From: Schizochytrium sp. TIO01
Taxonomy: Eukaryota; Protista; Bigyra: Labyrinthulomycetes
Direction: 5' to 3'
Assembly (NCBI GenBank): GCA_004764695.1
Contig: SMSO01000032.1
Coordinates: 3,442,483-3,506,482, forward strand
Length of the DNA stretch: 64,000 nucleotides
Below, piece by piece: positions 10,486-21,100 of this stretch (its first letter is position 1; each line of letters starts with the position of its first letter). Below the pieces are notes generated by a model. It was not told where the DNA came from and searched no databases. It saw only the letters and a program-made list of their open reading frames with translations. Both the position numbers and the translations under genes were made by a program.

Positions 10486-11981
10486 ACCAAGGTATTAAAA
10501 CATCGAAATAATAAACAACGCATTAATTTGTAGCTCTTCCGTGACAGTCAACGATGCTTGCTTAAGGCCTGAGAAGGCCCTTAATAGTGATGAGATAGAA
10601 AGCATACCTGGATCCCTAAAATGGGAAACAGACGGGCACTTCATGGAGAGCCTTTAAGAAAAGTAAAACCAAAAAGAAGAACCAATATCTTTTTAAAAGC
10701 TCCAAATTTGCAATTCCAAATATTCAGAGTCATCAAGGAATGGAGGTGAGAAACGAATCATGATGAAGCCAAGCTTCGTAGTTGAAGATTTATATCTTAA
10801 ATGGCATTGTTTTCGCACAACTAAGTTTTTTTACATTAGGAAACGATCAAGATCCGATCATGTTGAAATTGGAGCAGCGCTTATCAAAGATGAGAAAGGT
10901 GTTGCAAAGGCTTAATGAGACGACACTTGTGAGATGCTTGATGTGAACCTTAAGGATAGATCCCAATACACTTTTCAATCAAGAGTAACGTCATTGATGG
11001 GTAAGGGTCTAGAACTAGAGGATTAATGGTTCAAAATCGTGTTCTGGCAACTTCCCAGCGCAGTGAACAGCCACTCCGGAACAATAAAGTTTATTTTTTG
11101 CATTAATAGTTGACGAACATCTACCTGCCCAAAAATTGTCCTCAATCAAAAGATGAGTTCTGATAAAATTTTAAGCGTCTAGTGTGTCATATTCACTTTC
11201 ATTGAGTAAAGCTATATTCAATTTATTGCCAGTCACCTTGCCTGAAACTACAAAGTACTATATAAATATTCTTATCATATCATGGGGGTATTCCTTTTCA
11301 AATAAGAGGCCCGAATCACGGTGATAGTTACCCAATAAATAATGAAAAGGCCCTTTTAACCTCATGCTTTTGGTTCACTAAAGAAAGCGAGAAAATCACT
11401 AGTAAGTCTTAGGCATCAACGGATCATTTATGTGTTATACATACTGATCTAGTTAGGCTCGATTAAAAAAAATAAAAACATTCTGCTGGCGAGATTGGAA
11501 ACTTTGCAGCTAGGTCGGGTCAAGTTATCCACCCAAGCATTTTTCGTGATCCTACGAAACGAGTCCCGGTAGAAAAGCCTTGGCTACATGCCACCTACAT
11601 GGGTTAAGAAACCCAACCATTGTTCATGATAGGATTATTGTCGAATTACTCATAGTAGATGATAGATAGGTCTGGCCAAGGTAATTTTTGATCAGTAGCA
11701 CCGAGTAGCAGCTCCATAAGAAAACTAATTTTGACTCGTGTGAAGAGTGGGTGTGCTGGGAATGCGAACTTTGGGTGAGAACACTAGAGGGCTCTGGGTT
11801 CACATGACTGACTCATTTATGACATGGTGGTTGGCACGAAAAAACTTGCTCAAGCAGAGATTACTGCACGAGGAGGTCATGGTCGCATAGAAGGGTTCTG
11901 CTTGCATACGAGGTTACACATGGTATGCCGTGGTATTAGATTTGCGAGTAACATCAGCACTGCCAGGGTTTGGAAAGGAGC

Positions 11982-14900
11982 ATGTACAAACCCTTTACGA
12001 TTGATTTTGAAGATGTCGAGCCTGGCCAACGCACGCGGAAACAGCAACAAGAATATTTGATTTGCGGATGTTCGCGTGGGCGGGGCTGCCATTGTGATGC
12101 CAACCCAGAAAAGATTGAACATGCATTGGCATACTGTGGAAAATGTTCAAATTGTATTCGAAATCAGCAGAGTCTTCGTCGTACTGGTCGTATGGGGCGA
12201 CGCCGTTGTGAGAATCCCCCAATTGACGCTGACAAATGGATCAAAGTGAGAGTTGGGAGGTCAACTATAAAGATGAAACGTGATCAATTGGAGTTCTTCC
12301 GTCAACGATCACCTACAGTTGTTCAACAAATTATCCCAAAACCAGCGGCCTTTGAATCACATGAGGCGGATTTACTAAAAGAAGGTGCTACTGAACACCC
12401 CGAATTGAAAAACAAAATTGATTCTAAGGCCGAAGCGCCTATCGTTAAAACTGGACACGAATCTGATTCAGATTATGACTCAGATTACGACTCAGATGAA
12501 ATGCGCTTATCGCCGGAACAAATTGCCATGCAGGATCGAATGGATGAGATATCTCGGATTGCGGGAGAAAATGTCACTTTCGCAGCAGCGGCATGGGCTG
12601 AAGTTCGAATATTGCGTGCAGGCTATCACAAACGCACTAATGAGCTTGAGAGTTTAGTTGCGCGCACCAAGGAAGAGCTCGAGAAGCTTGAGAGCGAACT
12701 ATCATTATTACAGGAACAACAGGAAACAAGTCCTAAATCTGACTCGAAGGAAACTGATACTTTTGTCGACACTCTGATTACCCATGCAGTTTGGCAGCGA
12801 GTGCCAGTTCCGGTCGCAATTAAGGAGCATAAGAAGAGAATTGAATCGCTAAAGCCATCGCTTCGTTCTGCCACCGAGGAGCTTACTATACTAAAGCAAG
12901 CAGTGTATTATCATGCATCATTTGTAATCCAGCGGTGGTATCGTAGTCTTCTAAAGGAGAGCGAGCCGGAGAGGATAGAGCGAAAGAAAGAAGAGGTAAA
13001 AAATGATGGCTCCGCAGTAATCATTCAAAGAGTTTATCGAGGTCATCAAGGAAGAGCACGAGCCAAGTTGTTTCGGCATCGTCGACGTGATGGAGCAGCA
13101 CGAGTAGTACAGCGAATATGCCGTGGATACATGGGTCGTAAGCGAGCTCAGATGATAACAGTCATACGCGCGGAAGAAAAACGCGCTGAGGCTGCTATCA
13201 AGATACAACGTTTCGTCCGACATTCGCAGCACCTTGAAACTATCCGTCAGCAACTTGAAGCCCAACAGGCAGCAGAAGAGGCAGTATTAAGGGACGGACA
13301 AGCTATCATTATACAAAAGCTCGTACGAGGGCATCTCGCAAGGAAACAAAAGCGCCAGAGACGTATCGAGCTGAAACTTGGTCCTCGCGTACGTGAATTA
13401 GCAAATAAATATATCGCTAGAGGTGATCTTTTCGCGTTCTTGCAGGCCGTCAATCGAGACTATGAACTACATATGGCCCAGCAAGCTGAACTTAGACGCT
13501 TGGAACTTGAGAATGCATCAACATTTATTGAGGAAGTTTTGGCACATAGAGATGAAGCAGTGCAGAAGCGTTGGAGGGAATGGGAAGAACAAAAGCGAAA
13601 GTTACGCAGCACAGATAAAGCTATTCTCATGTATCATAACACTGCTAACAAACGCCAGGGTAATGCAGGCAGAAGAAATAATTCCAGTGAGAAACGTAAA
13701 GGTAATTATGGACATCAGGAGAAGCGAAAACCACAAATCTTGCGACAGATACATCGAAAAAAAGGAAAACCTCCTCTTCAATTAGCTAATATGAAGGTGG
13801 AGTCAAAAGTTATAATATCTCATGAATCTGGCGAAGCTCGTTTTAAGACACACCAAGCCTCATACATGCCTAACTCGCTCGAGGAGCGGCAAGACAAGAA
13901 ATATTCTGAAGCATTGCATAAGAAAAAGAAAATATGCAATCAAAAAGGCCGCGGCCGCTTTGAGCAAAAACTCATGGCATCTAAAACACGGTTAAACGTT
14001 CATAAAGAGCAACATGCTCGTCAAATGCTTAGGGAGGCAGAAGAAGCAGCAGGCGCGAGATCTCATATACCTCAAATGATTGCGCTGCCAGCCCGTAAAG
14101 CATTAATGAAGGACCCACTTTTGAAAACGGAAAGAGGGCCACACAGTGCCTTAGAGGTGTCCGTACTTTCTCACCATCGTCAGCGGGCTACACCAGATGA
14201 AATTGCTCGTGCACCATATGCAACACAACTACGCGCTACGGAGGTTCCTCGTATGAGTGCACCTTTCGACAACCTAATGTTCCAGGCTTGTTTAAGAGAG
14301 CATGTTGCTAATTTACGTTTTGGAGATCCCAAATCTTCTTTTGAGGCAAACCTCGAGCACTTTGTTTTGGCGGCTCCTGCTACACTCCGAATTGCAGCAG
14401 AAGAAGAGGCTCTGCAGACAGCTGCACCTCTTATATCAGCATTGAAATCCAGAGGTGTGCAGACATGTGGTCAATTACAGGACATTGCCGCGAGATTAGA
14501 ACTCGAGTATTTGGTACCTTCAGAAATTGCAAAAGGTATTCGGAAATTGCTTGGAATTGCAGTAAAGCAGATTGAACATGTTCGTCCTGTCTCGGTTCAG
14601 CAGAAATGGAAACACGTAATGGAAACTACTTCGGAAATTAGGAATTCGTTAGAGCTGTCAGCCGAAGAAGATGCCATAGGAAATAACTTCATCTATCAGA
14701 GTGATGGTCTAGGAAAATGTCCAGCGCATTCAAAAGAAGGTTCAGAGAACTATGTGCTTCTTTCAGCAAGACCACAATCTCAACGCGAAATGTCAACAGG
14801 AGGTTTGCCGCCTCGTGTTCCTGTACGCGCAAAAACAGCAAGTGAGAAGCACATACCAGCCCAAAAGGAAGTGTCTGGAGAAGAAAATGGTGTTTCTCAC

Positions 14901-16448
14901 TTGGTCGAATATCCTTCTCAAGATGGAAATTTACTCGGGCACTTTGGCAATGGGCACCAGCGACCAGAAACAAGTGACACAATCAAGTATGACACAGAAT
15001 CCCGGCCTGGGTCTCGTGCTGAGATACTTACAGATAACCATGGTATTTCTGAAGAAGCTACAGAACTATTCACACAAAGACCAGTAACGAGTGGGGGGCT
15101 TTTTAGAACATCACTTAAGCCAGGTACAGAGGCATTGCGCACATGGGACTGGCAGGCACCCTTGGATCTTCCTGATGAGCTTTTACAGGATCCAAGACCT
15201 CGAACAGCAAGCACTGGGGACACTCGTGACAATACTAGCTCACATCCTAGCTCTGGACTTACTGACATTAGGCCCTCTACACAGTCCTCAATTATGACAA
15301 GAGGGTCTCGGGGTACTCGTGTAAGCTTCGCTCCAGATGTAGATATCTTAGATCGCCCACCATCGCAAGCTTCAACGTTTTCATTCATTTCAGATAATCT
15401 GGATCGCCCTAGTACACAAGCATCCATGTCCTCAACGGCATCGGATAGAACACGACCGCCAAGTCGCGCAAGCTATGCATCAACTATTGCTACAGTTGAT
15501 TGGAACCATAAGAACCACTTAGACTCAGAAGAAAATGATGAAGGCGTCCAAGAAATGAATGTGCAGATTTGGCATGCGGATACTAATGAAATGGAGATGG
15601 GAAAGAAAGATACCAGCTCTTCGCTCTCACCTATGAGTGACCATAAGACAACACTTTCTGTGCAGGAAACAAAATCACGATTTATCTCACAAGTGAATGC
15701 TACACTGCGGGGATTGAAACTCAAGGATTCAATTCATTCAATGTTAACATGTCTCTTTATGTTGCGTGATCCAGAGGTACTCCCATCTGAACTTCTTCTT
15801 GACGAGTTAGTTCTTAATCTCTCTCAGCTCCCAGCCGAGGCAGAGGTAGCTCGCCGTGAGATCTTACATGAATATTATCAAAAGGCTGATGAGAAGGCGG
15901 TTCGATATTGTAAAATTCTCGAACATGCTGGATTCCATCCAATCCGTTCTTTGGCAGCGTGCCCTCTTCATGCACTTGGAATCCCAGAAAGCGTGAGTGA
16001 GATGTTGCAATCCGCATTTGCAAGCATGGTTTCAATGGAAGAGGGAGAAAACCCATCTCAAGCGTATGACTCACGTTTAACGCGCAACCCACATAGTGAG
16101 CTTGGGAACGCAATGCATCGTGAGCCTCTCGATCCTGTCCGTGTTGAACGTCCACGGCATCAAATCGGCGATGACAATTTTGCAAAAAATAACAAAGTGA
16201 ACGCATTGTCCAGTTCTAGAGTACGCCCTGGTTTACGCCGTGATCAACTTATCGCACGCGTGCTAGATCGTGGAAATGCTCTCGCTCGTAGCACAAGGCT
16301 ACCAGTAGCAGAATCGTCTGTGCCCGATTCTTACGATCAAACATTTTACCAATGGAAGCAGGGACCAAAGGCTGGATTAAATGCAATTGTGACAACCTTG
16401 GAAGAAGCTGAGAGTATACAGGACTGGCACCCACTCCCATACGAATAG
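11982..16448 (+). CDS. Large IQ-motif (calmodulin-binding) coiled-coil protein, possibly ciliary
   Basis: 1488-aa ORF from the first ATG. IQ motifs IQRWYRS, IQRVYRGHQGR, VQRICRGYMGR, IQRFVRH, IQKLVRGHLAR; coiled coils; Cys-rich N-terminus; RPx[ST] repeats. Confidence 0.85.
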   Translation: MYKPFTIDFEDVEPGQRTRKQQQEYLICGCSRGRGCHCDANPEKIEHALAYCGKCSNCIRNQQSLRRTGRMGRRRCENPPIDADKWIKVRVGRSTIKMKRDQLEFFRQRSPTVVQQIIPKPAAFESHEADLLKEGATEHPELKNKIDSKAEAPIVKTGHESDSDYDSDYDSDEMRLSPEQIAMQDRMDEISRIAGENVTFAAAAWAEVRILRAGYHKRTNELESLVARTKEELEKLESELSLLQEQQETSPKSDSKETDTFVDTLITHAVWQRVPVPVAIKEHKKRIESLKPSLRSATEELTILKQAVYYHASFVIQRWYRSLLKESEPERIERKKEEVKNDGSAVIIQRVYRGHQGRARAKLFRHRRRDGAARVVQRICRGYMGRKRAQMITVIRAEEKRAEAAIKIQRFVRHSQHLETIRQQLEAQQAAEEAVLRDGQAIIIQKLVRGHLARKQKRQRRIELKLGPRVRELANKYIARGDLFAFLQAVNRDYELHMAQQAELRRLELENASTFIEEVLAHRDEAVQKRWREWEEQKRKLRSTDKAILMYHNTANKRQGNAGRRNNSSEKRKGNYGHQEKRKPQILRQIHRKKGKPPLQLANMKVESKVIISHESGEARFKTHQASYMPNSLEERQDKKYSEALHKKKKICNQKGRGRFEQKLMASKTRLNVHKEQHARQMLREAEEAAGARSHIPQMIALPARKALMKDPLLKTERGPHSALEVSVLSHHRQRATPDEIARAPYATQLRATEVPRMSAPFDNLMFQACLREHVANLRFGDPKSSFEANLEHFVLAAPATLRIAAEEEALQTAAPLISALKSRGVQTCGQLQDIAARLELEYLVPSEIAKGIRKLLGIAVKQIEHVRPVSVQQKWKHVMETTSEIRNSLELSAEEDAIGNNFIYQSDGLGKCPAHSKEGSENYVLLSARPQSQREMSTGGLPPRVPVRAKTASEKHIPAQKEVSGEENGVSHLVEYPSQDGNLLGHFGNGHQRPETSDTIKYDTESRPGSRAEILTDNHGISEEATELFTQRPVTSGGLFRTSLKPGTEALRTWDWQAPLDLPDELLQDPRPRTASTGDTRDNTSSHPSSGLTDIRPSTQSSIMTRGSRGTRVSFAPDVDILDRPPSQASTFSFISDNLDRPSTQASMSSTASDRTRPPSRASYASTIATVDWNHKNHLDSEENDEGVQEMNVQIWHADTNEMEMGKKDTSSSLSPMSDHKTTLSVQETKSRFISQVNATLRGLKLKDSIHSMLTCLFMLRDPEVLPSELLLDELVLNLSQLPAEAEVARREILHEYYQKADEKAVRYCKILEHAGFHPIRSLAACPLHALGIPESVSEMLQSAFASMVSMEEGENPSQAYDSRLTRNPHSELGNAMHREPLDPVRVERPRHQIGDDNFAKNNKVNALSSSRVRPGLRRDQLIARVLDRGNALARSTRLPVAESSVPDSYDQTFYQWKQGPKAGLNAIVTTLEEAESIQDWHPLPYE

Positions 16449-16784
16449 CTTATAAAGCAGAGAAATCCCTGTGTGAACAGCTCAGGAGATTAAAGGTCCG
16501 TATATTTTTTGTAAAATAAAATTCATATATTTAGCATAAAAGCGAGAACGATAAGGGGTACAGAACAGAGTTGGTATGATGTAGCGTTTTTGTTTTATCA
16601 AAGAGTGTTGTATTTGGTGTATAATTTTGTGAAATTAAAAAAGAAAAAATGTTGCAGTCGATGACGCACGAAAGTGTTGAGTCTCCTTGGATGCAAACCT
16701 TATTTCTTAAGTCAATCAAACACGAGCTGATAGCGAATGGTTGATTGGATCGATACAAATGACATAAATTGTTTCTGTGGAAGA

Positions 16785-18155
16785 CTAAAAACTTCTCAAA
16801 AGACTCTCTGAGTCTTTGAGAAACTGGCTATGGCGGTCAAAAACATCGTGACTGCTCGAGTTGTTTGAGCAATGACAGGTTTGCTTGGTCAAACAACCCC
16901 TGTGCAAGTCCTCCATAGAGTTTAAAATAGCCGCACGATCACTCCTCCTTTTGATTCCAACATTGCGAAGGTCGCGCTCTTCCATTTGCAACAACATCGG
17001 TCCATCGACAAAATTTTCTTCGAAATTGGCACTTAAGAAGTCTCCCCCTGCTACATGATCACGTACCCAATTTCCTACCTCACGCGGTGTCCAATCGATA
17101 GTAGAACGACAGACGTAGCAGCCACGATCATCCTGATACACTGCTGCAGAAGAAGGTGCTGATGTAGACGCGGTTGACAAGCTCTGCCCTGTAGAGGACA
17201 TTGCTCTGCTCAGGTTTGCAGAGTCCAAAGAAGAGGAAAAAGACATCTCATTAAGATACGAATCAAGTTCATCCATATCACCGTCAGCATAGGAGGAGTA
17301 CTCATAACTAGCTGGTGGGTATGTGTAACTAAGTCCATAACTACCGTATTCGTTCATCGCCGAAATCTCATGATCTTTCCTCACTAGGAGGTCTCGAAGC
17401 TCGCGCGAGGTCAGTGGCACAGGGCGAAACTCTTGTAGATCACCGTCCCATAGCTCATCATGGTCAGGGGCTGGTTCCCAGGGTCCTTTTCGAGAGCGAC
17501 GAGCAGCTAGCTGCTCGTGTCCAGGCATGTGGTGTACGGTGGCCATTCTGTTAAAGCTAACTCTACGTTTTCCATGGTTAAGGTTCCGGTCTGAAGGAGC
17601 CTTTGCCGTGCTCAGAATCCCGCGCACCTTCTTGGCAGTTTTCAGGCTCGAAGATGAGCCAAACTGCTTGCGGTACGACATATCATCAGCATCGTCATCT
17701 TCGTCCTTGGTCTCGTCTTCAAACCGAGAGCTGGGTTGAGGAATGGTGTTTCCGAGTCGTCCTGAGTTCATACTGTCCGAGGAGGAGGATCGCAGACGAC
17801 CATATTTGGATAAGAGCGCTTTAAGCTCCCGCTCTTCAGTATCAGCCTTCGTACGGCGATCTGCTAGGTCGAGACTATCCCTGCGAGACATTGAAGACTT
17901 GGAAGATCTAACTTTTGACCTGCTGCTCAGGCCAGAGCTGTAACTCATAAGGGAATTCTCTTCGCTAAAGCTGCTGCTACCACTTCGCAAGTTCTTATCC
18001 CGGGAAGTTGACAACCTGTTTTTACTACTCGTTGTGCTTGATGATGAACTGCGTGGAGGTTTCGATGCGCTTGATCTCGATGTTCGCGAGGTTGATCGGC
18101 TCTGCGAACTTGTGCTAGACAAGTCAGACCTATATAGACTGGTCGTTGAGGACAT
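16785..18155 (-). CDS. SAM-domain protein with Ser-rich N-terminus and a PP1-docking RVxF / PPP1R15-like motif
   Basis: C-terminal SAM WTPREVGNWV..FEENFVDGPMLLQMEERDLRNVGIKRRSDRAAIL; internal KRRVSFNRMATVHH..RKGPWE. Confidence 0.85.
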   Translation of the reverse strand: MSSTTSLYRSDLSSTSSQSRSTSRTSRSSASKPPRSSSSSTTSSKNRLSTSRDKNLRSGSSSFSEENSLMSYSSGLSSRSKVRSSKSSMSRRDSLDLADRRTKADTEERELKALLSKYGRLRSSSSDSMNSGRLGNTIPQPSSRFEDETKDEDDDADDMSYRKQFGSSSSLKTAKKVRGILSTAKAPSDRNLNHGKRRVSFNRMATVHHMPGHEQLAARRSRKGPWEPAPDHDELWDGDLQEFRPVPLTSRELRDLLVRKDHEISAMNEYGSYGLSYTYPPASYEYSSYADGDMDELDSYLNEMSFSSSLDSANLSRAMSSTGQSLSTASTSAPSSAAVYQDDRGCYVCRSTIDWTPREVGNWVRDHVAGGDFLSANFEENFVDGPMLLQMEERDLRNVGIKRRSDRAAILNSMEDLHRGCLTKQTCHCSNNSSSHDVFDRHSQFLKDSESLLRSF

Positions 18156-21100
18156 TGGCCAGTGCTTGTTTGCGCCAGAAACCTCCTACAGCGGGCTTAT
18201 TACTTTTTGATCTTGAGCAAAATATACGACGAGGTTTTACAGACAGTCCCAGCTTTGAAGACTCGCGTTGTTTAGCCTTCCTCCGCCCGTCGCTTGCGCT
18301 GCAAGCTCGCAACCAACCAAGGCCTTGGTCGGTCCCCGATAAATGATTTACCCCGCTAAGGAGAGACCAAAACGTTGCCTTCTCAAATAAATACATATAG
18401 TATTCTATGGTTATTCTACTATAAAAATCGCAAATAGCATCGTTCTCAACACTAATGACAAGAGCAAAGATCACTAATAAGGGGCCACACGTGCTATCGC
18501 CCACCCTATTCGTATGATGTTGTATAGTTCTATAGTATACCCTATAATCCACAAAGTGTAAGTTTTACTGTATCTAAATACTTAGGAATAGGGGATATTT
18601 TAGAATTAAGAGATACGATCAACGGATACTTCTCGACAAGTTAGCACACACCTAAAATATAAGCAGGCGTTCTCTGAGGAACCACATGCTAACTCTATGT
18701 GAGGACCACCACAAGCACGAGGCGTTGTATTTGACGGGTTAGATACCGGGCTTAGATCCTTACTATGCGTTATGAAGTACTTACATTGTCGCTCCTACAG
18801 TTTGTAGAATTGTATAACCGAACCAACCTCTGGACATGAACGGTCATTTTTATACAAACGTATAGATATGGCAGCTCGGTTAGTTTTGTGTATCACTCTG
18901 AAGAGTAGTTTGTTCTTGGTACTAGAAGCTGCAGTGAAATGGTATAATAATGGGATTGTGTAGTTTCTTCGCAAGCCCAATTGATAGTATGGTGATTCAT
19001 TTAAATGGAAAACTTCCGTAGTTTTTTTGTTTTTTTTAATGTATGAATTTGTGAAATTGTATGAATTTGTTTTATAGTTGATATTGTCATCCTAAATCTG
19101 GCAATCTTTGAAGAAAAATAGTAATTGTGTAGCAATTACTAAATGTATATTATTATAATTATATAGCAGAATATCCAGGCCTTGATTTTATTCGACCAAA
19201 GGTCGTGCAGTCAAGAGTTCGCTAAGTTCCCCCAAAACTCTACAGAAAATCCCACTGTGACAAGAATAAGGGGTATATACATTGATTCGACCTGGTTGGT
19301 GCTTTACAAAACTGACTGTGCCTAGATTCATTCACATATAGAAATTTGCAAAATAAACTAATCTCGATTTGCGATTTAGTGCAGACGTTGACTACTAATG
19401 CAGATGATTAAACTGTATTGACCATAGGTCCACTAATTTCGATAATTTCGAAGCGAACACTTTATCTTTATGCCGATAAATGGCACTTAATATGATATGA
19501 AGATAGAGTTATCCACCTAATAGAAGATTCACAGACAATGACGATTATTATCCATGGCCGAAATATTTCTGCAGCATTTTGAATCAAATGACCTACAAAT
19601 TAAACATGCAATAGAGAAATTCGAGTTCGTACTTGGTTTTTAAATCCCTTAAAATGGGATGAAATGATATGTTGTACTTACCTTGGACATCTTAAACTTA
19701 AGCATGTACACTGGTCCGTCTCAGCCTGTATCCCATAACCAGAATAACCTTCAGCATTTTTTTCTTTACTGATAAGTCATATGGGTCTTCTATACAGCAT
19801 CACCCAGCATCGTCCAGCATCATACTCCGAGTTCATCTTAAAAAATAAAATGCTTATTACTTTGGATCATTGCCCGTCCAAAAAAGATGGCGCTCCAGAT
19901 TTGAGGACAGCTTCTGCAACAAATATTATACTTCTCCGGCGTAAGGTTGGACGAGTGAAAATATTTCGGAACCGAAATACGACTTGAACAATGGCCTACC
20001 ATAGTGTTTCCTGGAAAGTCTATAAAAAAGCCTATGCATTTAAGAGCGTTTGAAATCGATGGGCAGTGCTGATGAGGTCAAGGTAAGCTGAACCTGTCCA
20101 TTTGATCTCTTCATCCCTCTTAAATTCACATCATACGAGTACCTCAACAAAGCAACTACTTCTCTAGTTTTCACACGAGCACATTTACAAATTCGAACAT
20201 GTCCGCCTGACTTTGTAAATTAAAAAAAAGAGGGGGTTTAGTAGACCTTCATTCTTTAAAATTAAATATAATATTTTTAATTTTAAAAAAAAGTTACCGT
20301 TAGGATACATAATCGAAAGTCAAGAGGACAGGAATAAATGTGAGGAATAATCAGACAGTACAGCAGCGCAAGCGAATAAAAAGGAGTATCAGTATGTTTG
20401 AAGATGTTTGACAACACAATGCTGGTATCTAGGTTGTTGGTCTTATTTTATTTCTTTCATAAACCTCATCAGAGTGATCCGAGGGAGGTGGCAGTGTTCG
20501 GTTTCTGCGAAACGTACCCCTAAGATTGATCATGCTGCATCCGAGTCATATATACATCATCTGAGGATGAGAAGTCTTTCCTGTAGCAGACCTTTTAGAA
20601 TCTATTCTTCCTCCGAGTCACTATATAGGTATCAGTAGGGCGAGAACAGCAACTTAGCTTGATAACTCCATGTTTACTAGCCCATAATTTCAAATTTCGA
20701 TGTCGAGACGCTATGGACGATATTCTGAAATATCAGCTTAAGAGCAACGTGGATTGGAGACCCTGAATGGATCGTGGACGTGACAGTTGAGAAATACTGA
20801 GCTCCTCTTAGCGAGTCAATATCGGGACGTGGGGCGAAACCGAAATTCAACCATTGGGCTGACTTTCCAAATGTGGTAAAATCACAGTGAGTTTTTTAAC
20901 AGTGTTCACGCTCAAGCCCAAGCATATCGATGCTGCATGACGCTCTTTACGTGTACATACCAGGCTAAATCAACGTGGCTAATGAGCCTGCGTATGCGCA
21001 AAAACAAGTAATGGGGTCATTGCTATCTAGGTACCAACCTACGGAAAAATATTTTTAATTTCTTTTTTAATCTTGAAAGAAGAGAGTAAAAGTCACATAG

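Noticed and set aside
10600-11030. Protein-like fragments downstream of Oxa1 (SDHVEIGAALIKDEKGVAKA**)
   Set aside because: Short, stop-ridden and of no recognisable family; cannot be separated from chance.
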